Assembly: GCA_964575255.1 (NCBI GenBank)
Contig: CAZNPZ010000007.1
Span: 21,939 to 85,938 of the forward strand
Direction of reading: 5' to 3'
Source of the DNA: an uncultured Oscillospiraceae bacterium
Lineage (GTDB): Bacteria > Bacillota > Clostridia > Christensenellales > Aristaeellaceae
Length of the DNA stretch: 64,000 nt
Of the stretch, positions 25,248 to 35,414 are shown piece by piece (positions within the stretch are counted from its first letter, which is position 1; every line of letters begins with the position of its first letter). Made by a program: the position numbers and the translations under genes. The notes under the pieces are model-generated. The model had not been told where the DNA came from, searched no databases, and saw nothing but the letters and a program-made list of their open reading frames with translations.

Positions 25248-26066
25248 TCAGTCCAGCATCAGCCCCGCGTAGGCGTTTGAAATATACGATTCCAGCCCCA
25301 ACGCGCGCGCCATGCCGTATGGCTCCGGCGATCCGTCCGGGCCGAAAGCCACGGCCTCAAGCGCGTTCAGGCGATCCAGCGCGGCCTGCTCCGTGGCGGC
25401 GCGGGCCTTGGCGTCTATCGCGATTAATTCCCGAACGCCACCCTCCGGATCGAACAGCGCGTAGCCCGCGAGGCGCTCGTCCCGCCGAATTCCGACGGCG
25501 CTCAAATAGGAGAGGGAATGCGCCCAGTCGGCGTCCGAGCGAACGACGTGATCCCCGCCGCGCAGTGCAGCTTCATACAGCGCGTTCAATTCGGCGATGT
25601 CCGGTGCGTTGTCCTGCGCAAACCCCGACAGAACCGCTTCACCACCTCTTCGGATCAGGCGTCTTGCGCGGAAGAGCGCGTCCTGAAACCCCAGGCGGCG
25701 GTAGTATCCAAACAGGCTCTCCGACTGCGGCACCAATACGAGCAGTTTCGTGCCCCGAGCGCATTCCAGCGACGCGGCTTCTTCCAATAGCGCCGCGGCG
25801 ATGCCCCGGCCCCGGTAGGTTTCAAGCGTCGCGACCGCGTACACATAGGCCGCGGGCAGCGCACGCCCGCCGGACGCGATGGTAACCGGCAACAAGTGCA
25901 GCATCGCGCCGACGCGACCTTCCCCTTCCCAGACGAGCGCGCGCTCAGGCGCGTACACGTTTCCAAGAAACCAGTCGGCGAACGCCTCGTCCCCAGGGAA
26001 CGAGGCGTTCCAGATTTTTCTCAGCGCGTCCATATCCTCCGGGCGCGAAAGCCGGACGCCCGTCAC
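25248..26066 (-). CDS. GNAT-family N-acetyltransferase (Eis-like two-lobe layout)
   Basis: TYRGRGIAAALLEEA acetyl-CoA-binding-type motif. 272 aa. Start overlaps the upstream gene stop by 4 nt. Confidence 0.8.
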   Translation of the reverse strand: MTGVRLSRPEDMDALRKIWNASFPGDEAFADWFLGNVYAPERALVWEGEGRVGAMLHLLPVTIASGGRALPAAYVYAVATLETYRGRGIAAALLEEAASLECARGTKLLVLVPQSESLFGYYRRLGFQDALFRARRLIRRGGEAVLSGFAQDNAPDIAELNALYEAALRGGDHVVRSDADWAHSLSYLSAVGIRRDERLAGYALFDPEGGVRELIAIDAKARAATEQAALDRLNALEAVAFGPDGSPEPYGMARALGLESYISNAYAGLMLD

Positions 26067-27007
26067 ACGGGTGTCGCGACGTACTTCATCGCGATTTCGT
26101 CGGGCTGATAGGACAGCTTCGCCTTGCGAAGCCCTTCGATGCCCATGTCATCCTCGCGGTTGATCCGCTTAACGCCGCCGCAGAACGCTTTCGCGACTTC
26201 GTTGGCCAGCACCTGATACGCGCCGGGGATCATCCAGTCCGCCTTCTCGATGTGGACGCAAAACACGTCCGGCGTGATGAACGTGCCCAGCGAAAAGCCG
26301 ATGATCTGGCCGTCCAGCCTGAGTACACCGCCCTTGACGTTCAGCGCGCGGCCGTTTTCCAGCAGGTTCACGATCGCCTGGCGCTCGGCCTGCAGGTCTC
26401 CCTCGCTGGTGCGGTTGTCCCGATCCCAACGGGCTTCGTACTCGTAGAGTTCGTCCAGCTTCTCCGGGTCGAACGCGTCGAAGCGCCAGCGCCCCTCGTA
26501 GCAAGCCTTGAAGCGGTTGATGAAATTGCGCTTGGAATGCAGCTTCTGTCCGGGGAGGTCGATCAACCGCTGCGCCTCGTAGAGGTAGTCGGCATTGTCG
26601 CGGTTTTCCTCAAATTGGAAGCGTCCGGGGAACTCCTCCTCAAGGCGCGATTTCATTTTCTCGGACAGGAGGCCAAGCTTCAAAGGTTCGCCCGCCGCGT
26701 CGCAGTGCGCCTGAAGCGCGTTGACGGAGCGTGCAAGGTCTCCGCCCGAGGGATAGCCGTAAATGTGTCCCTCGTCATAGGTGCAGCGCGTCAGCACCGC
26801 ACCGTCCAAAAAGCAGATCTCGGTATGGTACTTGCCACGCCAGATGTACTGCACGGCAAAGGAACAGTCGCAGATCACATCGTCCAGTTCCCGCATCGCG
26901 CGGTCAAAAATGGGCTTGTCACAAACGCACAAAGGCCGAAACGGGAGGCTGACCGCCTCCGGACTTCGATCTGGTTCCTCCAGGGTTCTCAATGGGTTGG
27001 AAGACAT
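26063..27007 (-). CDS. DUF2156-domain protein (MprF C-terminal-like)
   Basis: 314-aa soluble protein. DNADYLY and KLHSKRNFINRF segments resemble the DUF2156 / phosphatidylglycerol lysyltransferase C-terminal family. Confidence 0.75.
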   Translation of the reverse strand: MSSNPLRTLEEPDRSPEAVSLPFRPLCVCDKPIFDRAMRELDDVICDCSFAVQYIWRGKYHTEICFLDGAVLTRCTYDEGHIYGYPSGGDLARSVNALQAHCDAAGEPLKLGLLSEKMKSRLEEEFPGRFQFEENRDNADYLYEAQRLIDLPGQKLHSKRNFINRFKACYEGRWRFDAFDPEKLDELYEYEARWDRDNRTSEGDLQAERQAIVNLLENGRALNVKGGVLRLDGQIIGFSLGTFITPDVFCVHIEKADWMIPGAYQVLANEVAKAFCGGVKRINREDDMGIEGLRKAKLSYQPDEIAMKYVATPV

Positions 27008-27223
27008 ACTATTCCCTCTCAGACTCAGCTTTCGCCGACTTGGGGTTCGGCTTCAATCATGATATTATACCACGCCCCAAGGGGGTAAAAACGGCGGAGT
27101 GGTAAATTTCAAAGCTCTGTCTGGCCGCGCCGCGTTAAATTCGGGTAAATCAAAAACCCCGTTTCAAAAGCATCGCCGCGGGGTACATAATAAACACAAC
27201 AAAAATAACGGGAGGAATAGAAA

Positions 27224-27736
27224 ATGCTGCATCCTGACATTGCGAAGCTCCTCGTCGAGCAGATCAACAAGGAGTTGTATTCTTCGTATCTATACCTGTC
27301 AATGTCCAATTACTACGCCGACAAAAACCTGGACGGCTTTGAAAACTGGTTCTTCGTGCAGGCGCAGGAGGAACTCGATCACGCGCTTCTGTTCCGCCGC
27401 TATCTCCTCAACGAGGGCGCATGCGTGACGTTTGACGCGGTCGCCGCGCCCGACGCCTATTTCGATTCGTTCAAGGCGCCGCTCGAAAAATCGCTGGAGC
27501 ACGAGCGCTTCGTGACCGAGAGCATCAACAAGATCTACACGCTGGCCAACGAGCACAAGGATTACCGCACGCTGCAGGTGCTCAACTGGTTTGTCAAGGA
27601 GCAGGGCGAGGAGGAGAAGAACGCCGACGACCTGATCCGAAAATTCGACCTCTTCGGCTCCGACCCCAAGAGCCTGTACATGCTCAACAGCGAGTTGGGC
27701 ACGCGCGTCTACGCGCCGCCGTCGCTGGTTCTGTAA
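27224..27736 (+). CDS. ftnA: Non-heme ferritin
   Basis: LVEQINKELYSSYLYLSMSNYY...QAQEELDHA is a typical ferritin ferroxidase-centre helix pattern. 170 aa. Confidence 0.9.
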   Translation: MLHPDIAKLLVEQINKELYSSYLYLSMSNYYADKNLDGFENWFFVQAQEELDHALLFRRYLLNEGACVTFDAVAAPDAYFDSFKAPLEKSLEHERFVTESINKIYTLANEHKDYRTLQVLNWFVKEQGEEEKNADDLIRKFDLFGSDPKSLYMLNSELGTRVYAPPSLVL

Positions 27737-27821
27737 CGGCCCTTCCTTCCAGGCGGCGGGCGGGCACCCGTGATTTCTTGGCTTCGCACCCCTCACGCTC
27801 GCGCCGCCGCCGGGGAAGTTG

Positions 27822-27866
27822 TTCGCGCCCTTCCGATCCGTTCGGAAGGGCGCGAATTGCAGTTTT
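27822..27866. terminator. 15-bp hairpin terminator between ferritin and the convergent GH31 gene
   Basis: TTCGCGCCCTTCCGA(27822-27836), 5-nt loop, TCGGAAGGGCGCGAA(27842-27856), then TTGCAGTTTTA. Confidence 0.75.
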
Positions 27867-30084
27867 ATTCGATGACTTCGACCGTGTAGTCGAGCCCCGA
27901 TGACGCCGTGACGATCACCTCGCCGCCGACTCGCCGCGCGGTCGCGGTCGCGGCGGGCTTCCCGCTCGCGTCCGGGATCACGATGTCCGCGCCTTCGGTG
28001 ATCCGGTAGGCGCGCAGCGTCACGCCCTTCCCGTACTCGTAGACAGGCGAATCATCGGTCGCGCCGACCGGGAGCAGCGTGTTCTCCCGCACCCAAAGCG
28101 GCAGCTGGAAGAAGTCGCATTGGTCGCGGAACCACCGCCCTCCCTCGCGGGTTGTGCCGTCCAAGAGGTTCGTCCACACGCCGTCCGGCAGGTAGTATTC
28201 CACCAAACCATCCTCCGAGAAGACCGGCGCGACCAGCAGGCTCCCGCCCAGCATGTACTGGCGGTCGAGATGGCGAACCGCCGGATCGTCCGGGAACTCC
28301 AGGAACATGGGTCGAAGCATCGGGACGCCCGCCTCATGCGCCTCTACGGCCATCTGGTAGAGGTAGGGCATCAGGCGGCACTTGAGTCGCGTGAAGAAGC
28401 GCAGCACATCCACCGCTTCCTCGTCAAACAGCCACGGCACCCGGTAGCTGCGGGAGCCATGCAGACGGCTGTGGGAGGACAGAAGGCCGAACGCGCACCA
28501 GCGCTTATAGACGTCCGCCGGCGCGGTGTCCTCAAACCCGGAGATGTCGTGGCTCCAGAAGCCAAAGCCGGACGCCGCCAGTGAAAGCCCGGCGCGCAGC
28601 GTGTCGGCCATCGAATTGTAGGTGGCGAAGTTGTCGCCGCCCCAGTGCACCGGCATCTGCTGGCCGCCCGCCGAGGACGACCTGGCGAACACCACCGCGT
28701 CGCCCGTTCCCCGCTCTTCTTCAAGCAAAGAGAACACGCAGCGGTTGTACAGGAGCGTATAGTAGTTGTGCATGCGCACCGGGTCGCTGCCGTCGTGCCA
28801 GGCGATGTCCTTGACCGGGATGCGCTCGCCGAAGTCGGTCTTGAAGCAGTCCACGCCCTGATGCAAAAGCCGCCTGAGCTTGTCCTGATACCACTTCCAC
28901 GCGCCGGGGTTCGTGAAATCCACCATGCCCATCCCGGCCTGCCACAGGTCGGTCTGCCACACGCTGCCGTCCGTCCGCTTGACGAGGTAGCCGCGCGCCA
29001 TGCCCTCGCGGAACAGTGGGCTGTCCTGCGCGATGTAGGGGTTGATCCACACGCACACCTTCAGGCCATGGTCGTGCAGCTTTTGAAGCAGCCCTTCCGG
29101 GTCGGGGAACACGTCGGTGTCCCACGCAAAGTCGCACCAGCGGAACGACTTCATCCATCCGCAGTCGAAGTGGAACACCGAAAGCGGCAGGTTCCGCTCC
29201 GCCATGCCCTCCACGAAGGAGAGCACCGTCTTCTCGTTGTAATCGGTCGTAAAGGATGTCGAGAGCCATAGCCCCATCGACCACGCGGGCGGAAGCGCGG
29301 GCTTTCCGGTCAGCGCCACGTAGCGCGTCAGCGCGTCCTTCGGGTCGCGCCCGCCGATCACGCAGTAACTGAGCGATTCGCCCTTCAGCGCGAACTGCAC
29401 GCGGCCCACGTTCTCGCTGCCCACCTCAAAAGCCACGTCGCCCGGCTCGTCGACGAACACGCCGTAACCGCGGCTGGTCAGGTAGAAGGGCACGTTTTTG
29501 TAGGCCAGCTCGCTGTTCGCGCCGCCGTCCTCGTTCCACATCTCCACTTCCTGGCCATTGCGCACGAACGGCGTGAACCGCTCGCCCAGACCGTACACGC
29601 ACTCGCCGACAGAGAGCGAAAGCGCTTCCTGCACATAGCCCGCATTAGTCTTTTCATCCAGAAAGTACGCCATGCCCCGGAAGCCGGTGGACGTCAGCAG
29701 CCGCCCGTCGTAGCGGTACTCGATGCCCCACGCGCCTTTTTTCTTGTTGACCCGCGCCTCCATCAGGCCGGAGCGGTAGACGAGCGCCTCCGCATCTTCC
29801 TCGATCTCGACCCGGGTCTTCCCGCCGTAAAGCGCGAAATCCGGTTTTTTCTGCGCCGCGCCCGCGAAATGGGCGACCGTCACGCGGACGACGCCCTCCA
29901 TCGGGGAATCGAGCCGCACGGTCAGCGCCGCCCCCATCGTGTCCTGCCGACCGCCCACCTTCTGGCCGGGCAGGATCAGTTCCACCTGATCCCCGTCCCG
30001 GTTGGTTCTGAACCATTCGACCGGGTACAGGGGTTTGATAAACGGTTTGACCATCCAGTGTCCCTTTTTGAATTTCAATTTCAT
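27865..30084 (-). CDS. Glycoside hydrolase family 31 (alpha-xylosidase/alpha-glucosidase, YicI-like)
   Basis: 739-aa ORF. GGAGGGA RBS. KTDFGE catalytic-nucleophile region and WGGDN region. Confidence 0.9.
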   Translation of the reverse strand: MKLKFKKGHWMVKPFIKPLYPVEWFRTNRDGDQVELILPGQKVGGRQDTMGAALTVRLDSPMEGVVRVTVAHFAGAAQKKPDFALYGGKTRVEIEEDAEALVYRSGLMEARVNKKKGAWGIEYRYDGRLLTSTGFRGMAYFLDEKTNAGYVQEALSLSVGECVYGLGERFTPFVRNGQEVEMWNEDGGANSELAYKNVPFYLTSRGYGVFVDEPGDVAFEVGSENVGRVQFALKGESLSYCVIGGRDPKDALTRYVALTGKPALPPAWSMGLWLSTSFTTDYNEKTVLSFVEGMAERNLPLSVFHFDCGWMKSFRWCDFAWDTDVFPDPEGLLQKLHDHGLKVCVWINPYIAQDSPLFREGMARGYLVKRTDGSVWQTDLWQAGMGMVDFTNPGAWKWYQDKLRRLLHQGVDCFKTDFGERIPVKDIAWHDGSDPVRMHNYYTLLYNRCVFSLLEEERGTGDAVVFARSSSAGGQQMPVHWGGDNFATYNSMADTLRAGLSLAASGFGFWSHDISGFEDTAPADVYKRWCAFGLLSSHSRLHGSRSYRVPWLFDEEAVDVLRFFTRLKCRLMPYLYQMAVEAHEAGVPMLRPMFLEFPDDPAVRHLDRQYMLGGSLLVAPVFSEDGLVEYYLPDGVWTNLLDGTTREGGRWFRDQCDFFQLPLWVRENTLLPVGATDDSPVYEYGKGVTLRAYRITEGADIVIPDASGKPAATATARRVGGEVIVTASSGLDYTVEVIE

Positions 30085-30223
30085 CCCTCCGTGATTCCAT
30101 TATACCTAAAACCAAACAACATCGGCAATACCGCGCGGAAGAAAGCGGATATACGAGCGAATCATATAAAGGCCGCGAACGCGTTGCGCCGCAGCCTTTT
30201 AAGCAGAGAGGATATTCGCCCTG

Positions 30224-32080
30224 TTACGACTTCATCTTCTTGGGGCGGGGCGTTTTCGCGGGTTTTACGGGTTCGGCGGCGGCTTCCGGCGCGGGTTCCG
30301 CCGCCTTTTTCGCGCGGGGCTTCCGCGCGGGTGAAACATCCGGCGCTGCCGGTGCCGCAGGCGCGGGTTCCGCCGCCTTCTTCGCGCGGGGCTTCCGCCC
30401 GGGTGAAGCATCCGGCGCTGCCGGTGCCGCGGGCGCGGGTTCCGCCGCCTTCTTCGCGCGGGGCTTCCGCGCGGGTCTTGCTGGCGGTTCCGCAACCGTT
30501 CCCTTGGCTGTCGGCGCTTGGGTCACGGTGGCTTCGATCGCGGACTCTTCGGCGGCGTGCGTTTGCGCGACTGTCGCCACAGGCGCTTCCGTCGCGGGTG
30601 CTTCGGGTGCTTCCGCGGGTTCCGCCACCCTTTGCTTGCGAACGGCCTTTGTCAATTCCCGGTAGAGGTCGATGTAGTGGTGCGCCGACTGATCCCAGCC
30701 GTACTGCCCGGTCATCGCGCGGCCCATCAGCGTCTTCCAGACGTCAGGATTGGCGCGGTACAGGTCTACCGCGCGCTCGACCACGTGCAGCATGTCGTGG
30801 GCGTTGTAGTTGAGGAAGGTGAAGCCGTTGCCCTCGCCGGTGATTTCATTATAGGAAAGGACGGTGTCCCGTAGCCCCCCGGTCTCCCGCGCGATGGGCA
30901 GCGTGCCGTAGCGCATCGAGATCATCTGCGAAAGTCCGCAGGGCTCGAACATCGACGGCATCAGGAACATGTCGGCGCCCGCGTAGATGCGGTGAGCCAG
31001 CGCGTGGTTCATCTCGATGCGGGATGCGATGCGCCCGGCGTACTTCCACTGCGCCCAGTTGAAGAGATCCACATACCGATCCTCGCCCATGCCCAGCACG
31101 ACCAGTTCGCAGCCGGTCGCCATGATGCCGTCCAGCACCCGTTCGACCAGATCCAGCCCCTTCTGCCCGCTGAGGCGGCCAACCATGCCGATGAGCGGGA
31201 TGTCCGCACCCTCGGAAAGACCCAGTTCCCGCTGCAGCGCGAGTTTGTTGGCCACCTTTTTCTCCATCGAACCCGCGCCGAACCTCTGATCGATCATCGG
31301 GTCGGTCTCAGGGTCATACTCCTCGGTATCAATCCCGTTCAGGATGCCCTTCAGGTCGCCCGCGCGGGAGCGCATCAGCCCGTCCAGCCGCTCGCCGTAG
31401 TAGGCGGTCTTGACCTCTTCTGCGTATGTGGGGCTGACGGTGGTGATCTTCTCGGCAAACGTCAGCCCGCCCTTCATGAACGAGCACTGGCCGAAGAACT
31501 CCATGTGGTCGGGCGTGTACGCGAGGCCGCCGAGGCTGACCAGTTCCTCGATCTGGTCGATCGGGAAGATGCCCTGGTACTGCAGGTTGTGCACGGTGAA
31601 CACGCTCTTGATCTTCTGGTAGGGTTTGAGCACCCGGTACTGGATCTCCAGCATCGCGGGGATCAGGCCGGTCTGCCAGTCGTGGCAGTGAATCACATCC
31701 GGCACGAAGTCGATCTTCGGCAGCGCCTCCAGCACGGCGCGGTCGAAAAACGCGAACCGCTCGCCCTCGTCGCCGCCGAGGCCGTAGATGTAGGATCGGC
31801 CGAAGTAGTACTCATTGTCGACGAAATAGTAGGTGATGTCGTTCAGCGTCAGCCGCTCGATGCCCACGTACTGCCTGCGCCAGCCCAGGTTTACGTAGAA
31901 GTAGAGCAGGTGCTCCATTTTGGAGCGCCACTTTTCGGGGATCGCGCTGTACAGCGGCGTGATCACGCGGACGTCCACGCCCGATTTTTTGATTTCCTTG
32001 GGCAGCGCGCCCACCACGTCCGCGAGGCCGCCGGTCTTGGAGAACGGCACGCACTCGGAAGCCACGAACAACACTTTCAC
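30224..32080 (-). CDS. glgA: Glycogen synthase with a 138-aa Ala/Pro/Lys-rich C-terminal extension
   Basis: GTG start at 32080 after AAGGAGG. (M)KVLFVASECVPFSKTGGLADV N-terminus. The catalytic body ends near ...DLYRELTKAV (nt 30641), then a repeat-containing tail runs to the stop at 30224. Confidence 0.9.
   Translation of the reverse strand: MKVLFVASECVPFSKTGGLADVVGALPKEIKKSGVDVRVITPLYSAIPEKWRSKMEHLLYFYVNLGWRRQYVGIERLTLNDITYYFVDNEYYFGRSYIYGLGGDEGERFAFFDRAVLEALPKIDFVPDVIHCHDWQTGLIPAMLEIQYRVLKPYQKIKSVFTVHNLQYQGIFPIDQIEELVSLGGLAYTPDHMEFFGQCSFMKGGLTFAEKITTVSPTYAEEVKTAYYGERLDGLMRSRAGDLKGILNGIDTEEYDPETDPMIDQRFGAGSMEKKVANKLALQRELGLSEGADIPLIGMVGRLSGQKGLDLVERVLDGIMATGCELVVLGMGEDRYVDLFNWAQWKYAGRIASRIEMNHALAHRIYAGADMFLMPSMFEPCGLSQMISMRYGTLPIARETGGLRDTVLSYNEITGEGNGFTFLNYNAHDMLHVVERAVDLYRANPDVWKTLMGRAMTGQYGWDQSAHHYIDLYRELTKAVRKQRVAEPAEAPEAPATEAPVATVAQTHAAEESAIEATVTQAPTAKGTVAEPPARPARKPRAKKAAEPAPAAPAAPDASPGRKPRAKKAAEPAPAAPAAPDVSPARKPRAKKAAEPAPEAAAEPVKPAKTPRPKKMKS
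30287..30469 (-). repeat. In-frame 63-bp tandem repeat (about 2.9 copies) in the glgA 3' end
   Basis: gcgcgggttccgccgcc(t/c)ttcgcgcggggcttccgc(g/c)cgggtgaa(a/g)catccggcgctgccggtgccgc is repeated. It encodes RKPRAKKAAEPAPAAPAAPD(A/V)SP(G/A). Confidence 0.85.
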
Positions 32081-32114
32081 GCTTGGATTGCCTCCTTTGG
32101 AGATGAGGATCTAC

Positions 32115-33242
32115 CTATAAGGTCATGTTCTTTCCGATTACGATCGGGTAGGCCTTCTGGCCGATCAGCTTGCCGCTTCGGATCGTGACCGCCTTGTCCA
32201 GGATGACGTTTTCAAGCTCCACGCATTCCTGAATCTCGGACTCCTGCATGATGACCGAGTTCTTGACCACCGCGCCGGCGCGCACGCGCACACCGCGGAA
32301 CAGTACGCTGTTCTCGACGGTGCCCTCGATGATGCAGCCGTCCGCCACAAGCGAGTTTGTCGCCTTCGCGCCTTCCACGTACTTGGCCGGAACCTCGTCG
32401 CGAACCTTGGTGTACACGGGGTTTCTAAAGAGTTCCTGCCTGATGTCGTAGTGTAGCATATCCATGTTAAACTCAAAATAACTCAGGACTGATTCTACGC
32501 GGCGGTGATACCCTTTATACTCATATCCGCGCACGGTGAGCAGTTTTTGCTTGAGGTATTGGGGCAGCATGTCCCGGAGCGCGTCCTTCATGCCGTGCGC
32601 CATCGCCTGATCCACCAAGTGCACCAACATCGAGCGGCGCATCAGGATCACGTCCATGCAGAAGTTGGGGTTCTCCGGGATGTTGGGTCCGATTTCGAAG
32701 TCCAGCACATTCCCCTTATCGTCAAGCTTGATGTAGGTATGCTTATTGAGCATCGACGGAGAGACGCGGCTGTCCCGGTAGCGGGTGGTATACATCAGCG
32801 TCACGTCCGCACCGGACTCCTTGTGTTTTCTCACCATGTCCTCGAAGTTTGTGTTGAATACGCTGTAGCAGCCCATCAGGATCACCAGATCCTGGTTTGA
32901 GCGGCGCAGATACGCGATGTTGCTTTTCAGCGCGTCCAGCGTACCCTCGTAGGTGCCCACGTTTTCGCGGGTCTGAAAAGGCGGCAGGATGAACAGGCCG
33001 TCGTTTCTCGTGTGCAGGTCCCACTCCTTGCCCGCGCCCAGGTGATCCATCAGCGAGTGGTAATTCTTCTGCATGATGACGCCCACGTTGCGCACGCCCG
33101 AATTGACCAGGCTGGACAGCTGGAAGTCGATGATGCGGTAGCGGCCGATGACCGGGAGCGCGGCCACCGCGCGGGAGCTGGTCAGTTCCCGCATGTTGAT
33201 GTCTTCCTTCGAAGTGTAGATGATGCCCATGACGTCCTTCAT
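32115..33242 (-). CDS. glgD: Glucose-1-phosphate adenylyltransferase, GlgD subunit
   Basis: 375-aa paralog of GlgC lacking the GGxGxRL motif ([17 protein letters not shown]). Start overlaps the glgC stop. Confidence 0.85.
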   Translation of the reverse strand: MKDVMGIIYTSKEDINMRELTSSRAVAALPVIGRYRIIDFQLSSLVNSGVRNVGVIMQKNYHSLMDHLGAGKEWDLHTRNDGLFILPPFQTRENVGTYEGTLDALKSNIAYLRRSNQDLVILMGCYSVFNTNFEDMVRKHKESGADVTLMYTTRYRDSRVSPSMLNKHTYIKLDDKGNVLDFEIGPNIPENPNFCMDVILMRRSMLVHLVDQAMAHGMKDALRDMLPQYLKQKLLTVRGYEYKGYHRRVESVLSYFEFNMDMLHYDIRQELFRNPVYTKVRDEVPAKYVEGAKATNSLVADGCIIEGTVENSVLFRGVRVRAGAVVKNSVIMQESEIQECVELENVILDKAVTIRSGKLIGQKAYPIVIGKNMTL

Positions 33243-34444
33243 TTGTCCAAAGCCCCCTTCGCCTCAAGCTCCTCCGGGCCGACCTGCTCGCCGGGGCGCA
33301 CCTTGAACCCCGCAGGGAGCACCGTATCCGACGCGATCAGCGCGATTTCGCTCTGGCCGCCCTCGCCCACATCGCATCCCTCGCCCACCACCGAGTGTTC
33401 GCCCACGATCGCCCGCCGCACGACGGCGTTCTTTTTGATGACGCTGTTCGGCATGACGACCGAGTCCACGACCACCGCGCCCTCCTCCACCTTGACCCCG
33501 GCGAACAGCACCGAGTGGCTGACCGCGCCGTACACCTCGCAGCCTTCGGTGACCATGCAGGCGCTGACTCGCGCCTTGTCGCCGATGAAGTGGGGCGGCA
33601 TGATCGGGTTCCGGGCGAAGATACGCCAGCGCTTGTCGTAGAGGTTGAAAAGCGGCGGATCCATGATCAGATCCATATTGGCCTCCCAGAGGCTCGCGAT
33701 CGTGCCCACGTCCTTCCAGTAGTCCTCAAAATCGTAGGCCATCAGTTTTTGCTTGTCCGCGAGCATCTTGGGGATGATGTTTTTCCCGAAGTCGTTGGAG
33801 GATTTCTTGTCCGCCTCGTCGGCGACCAGATATTCTTTCAGGATCTGCCAGTTGAACACGTACACGCCCATCGATGCGCGGTTGGACTTGGCCTTCGCCG
33901 GTTTTTCCTCAAACTCGGTGATTCGCCCCGCCTTGTCGGTCGCCATGATGCCGAACTGATTGGTGATCTCCCACGGCACGAGCCTGACCGCGATGGTTGC
34001 GGCGGCCTTGTTTTCGATGTGGGTCTGCAGCATCTTGTTGTAGTCCATCTTGTAGATGTGGTCGCCCGACAGGATCAGCACGTAATCCGGGTCGTACTGT
34101 TCGATGAAGGAGATGTTCTGGTAGATGGCGTTCGCGGTGCCGCGATACCACTCGCCCACCTTGCCCTTCACATAAGGCGGCAGGACGAACACACCGCCGT
34201 TGGTGAGGTCCAGATCCCAGGGCTGGCCGGAGCCGATGTAGCGGTTGAGTTCGAGCGGCTGGTACTGGGTCAATACGCCGACGACGTCGATGCCCGAATT
34301 GGAACAGTTGGAAAGCGGAAAATCGATGATCCGGTATTTGCCGCCGAAGGGCACGGCGGGTTTTGCGAGCGTTTTGGTGAGCAGGCCCAGCCTTGATCCC
34401 TGTCCTCCGGCCAGAAGCATGGCAATGCAGTTTTTTTTGAGCAT
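33239..34444 (-). CDS. glgC: Glucose-1-phosphate adenylyltransferase
   Basis: [38 protein letters not shown]. 401 aa. Confidence 0.95.
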   Translation of the reverse strand: MLKKNCIAMLLAGGQGSRLGLLTKTLAKPAVPFGGKYRIIDFPLSNCSNSGIDVVGVLTQYQPLELNRYIGSGQPWDLDLTNGGVFVLPPYVKGKVGEWYRGTANAIYQNISFIEQYDPDYVLILSGDHIYKMDYNKMLQTHIENKAAATIAVRLVPWEITNQFGIMATDKAGRITEFEEKPAKAKSNRASMGVYVFNWQILKEYLVADEADKKSSNDFGKNIIPKMLADKQKLMAYDFEDYWKDVGTIASLWEANMDLIMDPPLFNLYDKRWRIFARNPIMPPHFIGDKARVSACMVTEGCEVYGAVSHSVLFAGVKVEEGAVVVDSVVMPNSVIKKNAVVRRAIVGEHSVVGEGCDVGEGGQSEIALIASDTVLPAGFKVRPGEQVGPEELEAKGALDK

Positions 34445-34573
34445 TCCCCTTCATCTCCTTCGAGTCCGTTTGGCAGCCGATTGTTAAGTATATGAATAAC
34501 CAGTTGATAACATTATACACGATCCGTCGATGAATTACCAGCCTATTTTTTCAAGTGAAGGTGCGATTTGCGC

Positions 34574-34600
34574 AAAAAAAGAGCGGCGTTTTCGCCACTC
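34574..34600 (-). terminator. Rho-independent terminator after the corrinoid-protein gene
   Basis: Minus strand reads GAGTGGCG aaaa CGCCGCTC TTTTTTTG. Confidence 0.7.
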
Positions 34601-34633
34601 TTCTTCAAAGATTGCGGGACGGAAAGATAAGAA

Positions 34634-35275
34634 TTACGCCACCTGGCCGATGAGCTCCTTGGCCAGATCCGCCGCGGAGGCCGCGTCGGGCGAGTAGCCG
34701 TCCGCGCCGACTTCGTCGGCGAACGACTGGGTGACCGGCGCGCCGCCGATCATGACCCGGACCTTGTCGCGGATGCCCGCTTCGCGGATGGCGTCGATGG
34801 AACTCTTGATGGACGGCATGGTGGTGGTGAGCAGCGCGCTCATGCCCAGAATCTGCGCACCCTGGTTCTTGGCGGCATCGATGAACGCTTCGGGCGAGAC
34901 ATCCACGCCCAGGTCGATCACGGTGAAACCCGCGCCTTCCAGCATCATGCCCACCAGGTTCTTGCCGATGTCGTGCAGGTCGCCCTTGACGGTGCCGATG
35001 GCGACGACGCCGCGGCTCTGCGCGTTCGCTTCCGCGAGCAGCGGCTTCAGGATCTCGGTACCGCTCTTCATCGCGCGGGCGGCAATCAGCACTTCGGGCA
35101 CGTACACCTCATTGTTTTTGAACAGGATGCCCAGCTCGTTCATGCCGACGATCAGGCCGTCGTTGAGAATCGATTCCGGGTTGACGCCCTCGGCGACCGC
35201 GTCCGTCACCAGTGTCTTGACAATCTTGGCGCGGCCGGCCTTGACCGCATCCGCGATGGCGCGAAAGTCCGCCAT
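34634..35275 (-). CDS. Stand-alone corrinoid (cobalamin-binding) protein, MtbC/MttC-like
   Basis: Trimmed to the ATG at 35275 (GGAGGGG upstream). N-terminal helical cap plus a Rossmann B12-binding domain with DxHxxG (GDLHDIGKN), SALLTTT and MIGGAPV. Confidence 0.85.
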   Translation of the reverse strand: MADFRAIADAVKAGRAKIVKTLVTDAVAEGVNPESILNDGLIVGMNELGILFKNNEVYVPEVLIAARAMKSGTEILKPLLAEANAQSRGVVAIGTVKGDLHDIGKNLVGMMLEGAGFTVIDLGVDVSPEAFIDAAKNQGAQILGMSALLTTTMPSIKSSIDAIREAGIRDKVRVMIGGAPVTQSFADEVGADGYSPDAASAADLAKELIGQVA

Positions 35276-35386
35276 ACAATCCCCTCCGCAAATCAGCTTT
35301 TTGTCGTTCCGCCGAATAGTATAGCATGAAAACGGCAGAAAAAGCAAAGCAATTTCTAACTAATCCGTGTAATTATTTTTGATTTA

Positions 35387-35395
35387 TGATACAAT
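35387..35395 (+). promoter_or_regulatory. Extended -10 element (TGaTACAAT) upstream of the PocR/AraC gene
   Basis: TG at 35387-35388 and TACAAT at 35390-35395. Lies 20 nt upstream of the ATG, so the leader would be very short. Confidence 0.35.
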
Positions 35396-35414
35396 GCGTA
35401 CAGGAGGTGATCCG

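Noticed and set aside
30085-30223. Terminator for glgA in the spacer before the GH31 gene
   Set aside because: Only an imperfect GGC(C)GCG...CGC(A)GCC stem around an AACGCGTT palindrome was found, with a weak T-run. This is not strong enough to call, so glgA and the GH31 gene may be co-transcribed.
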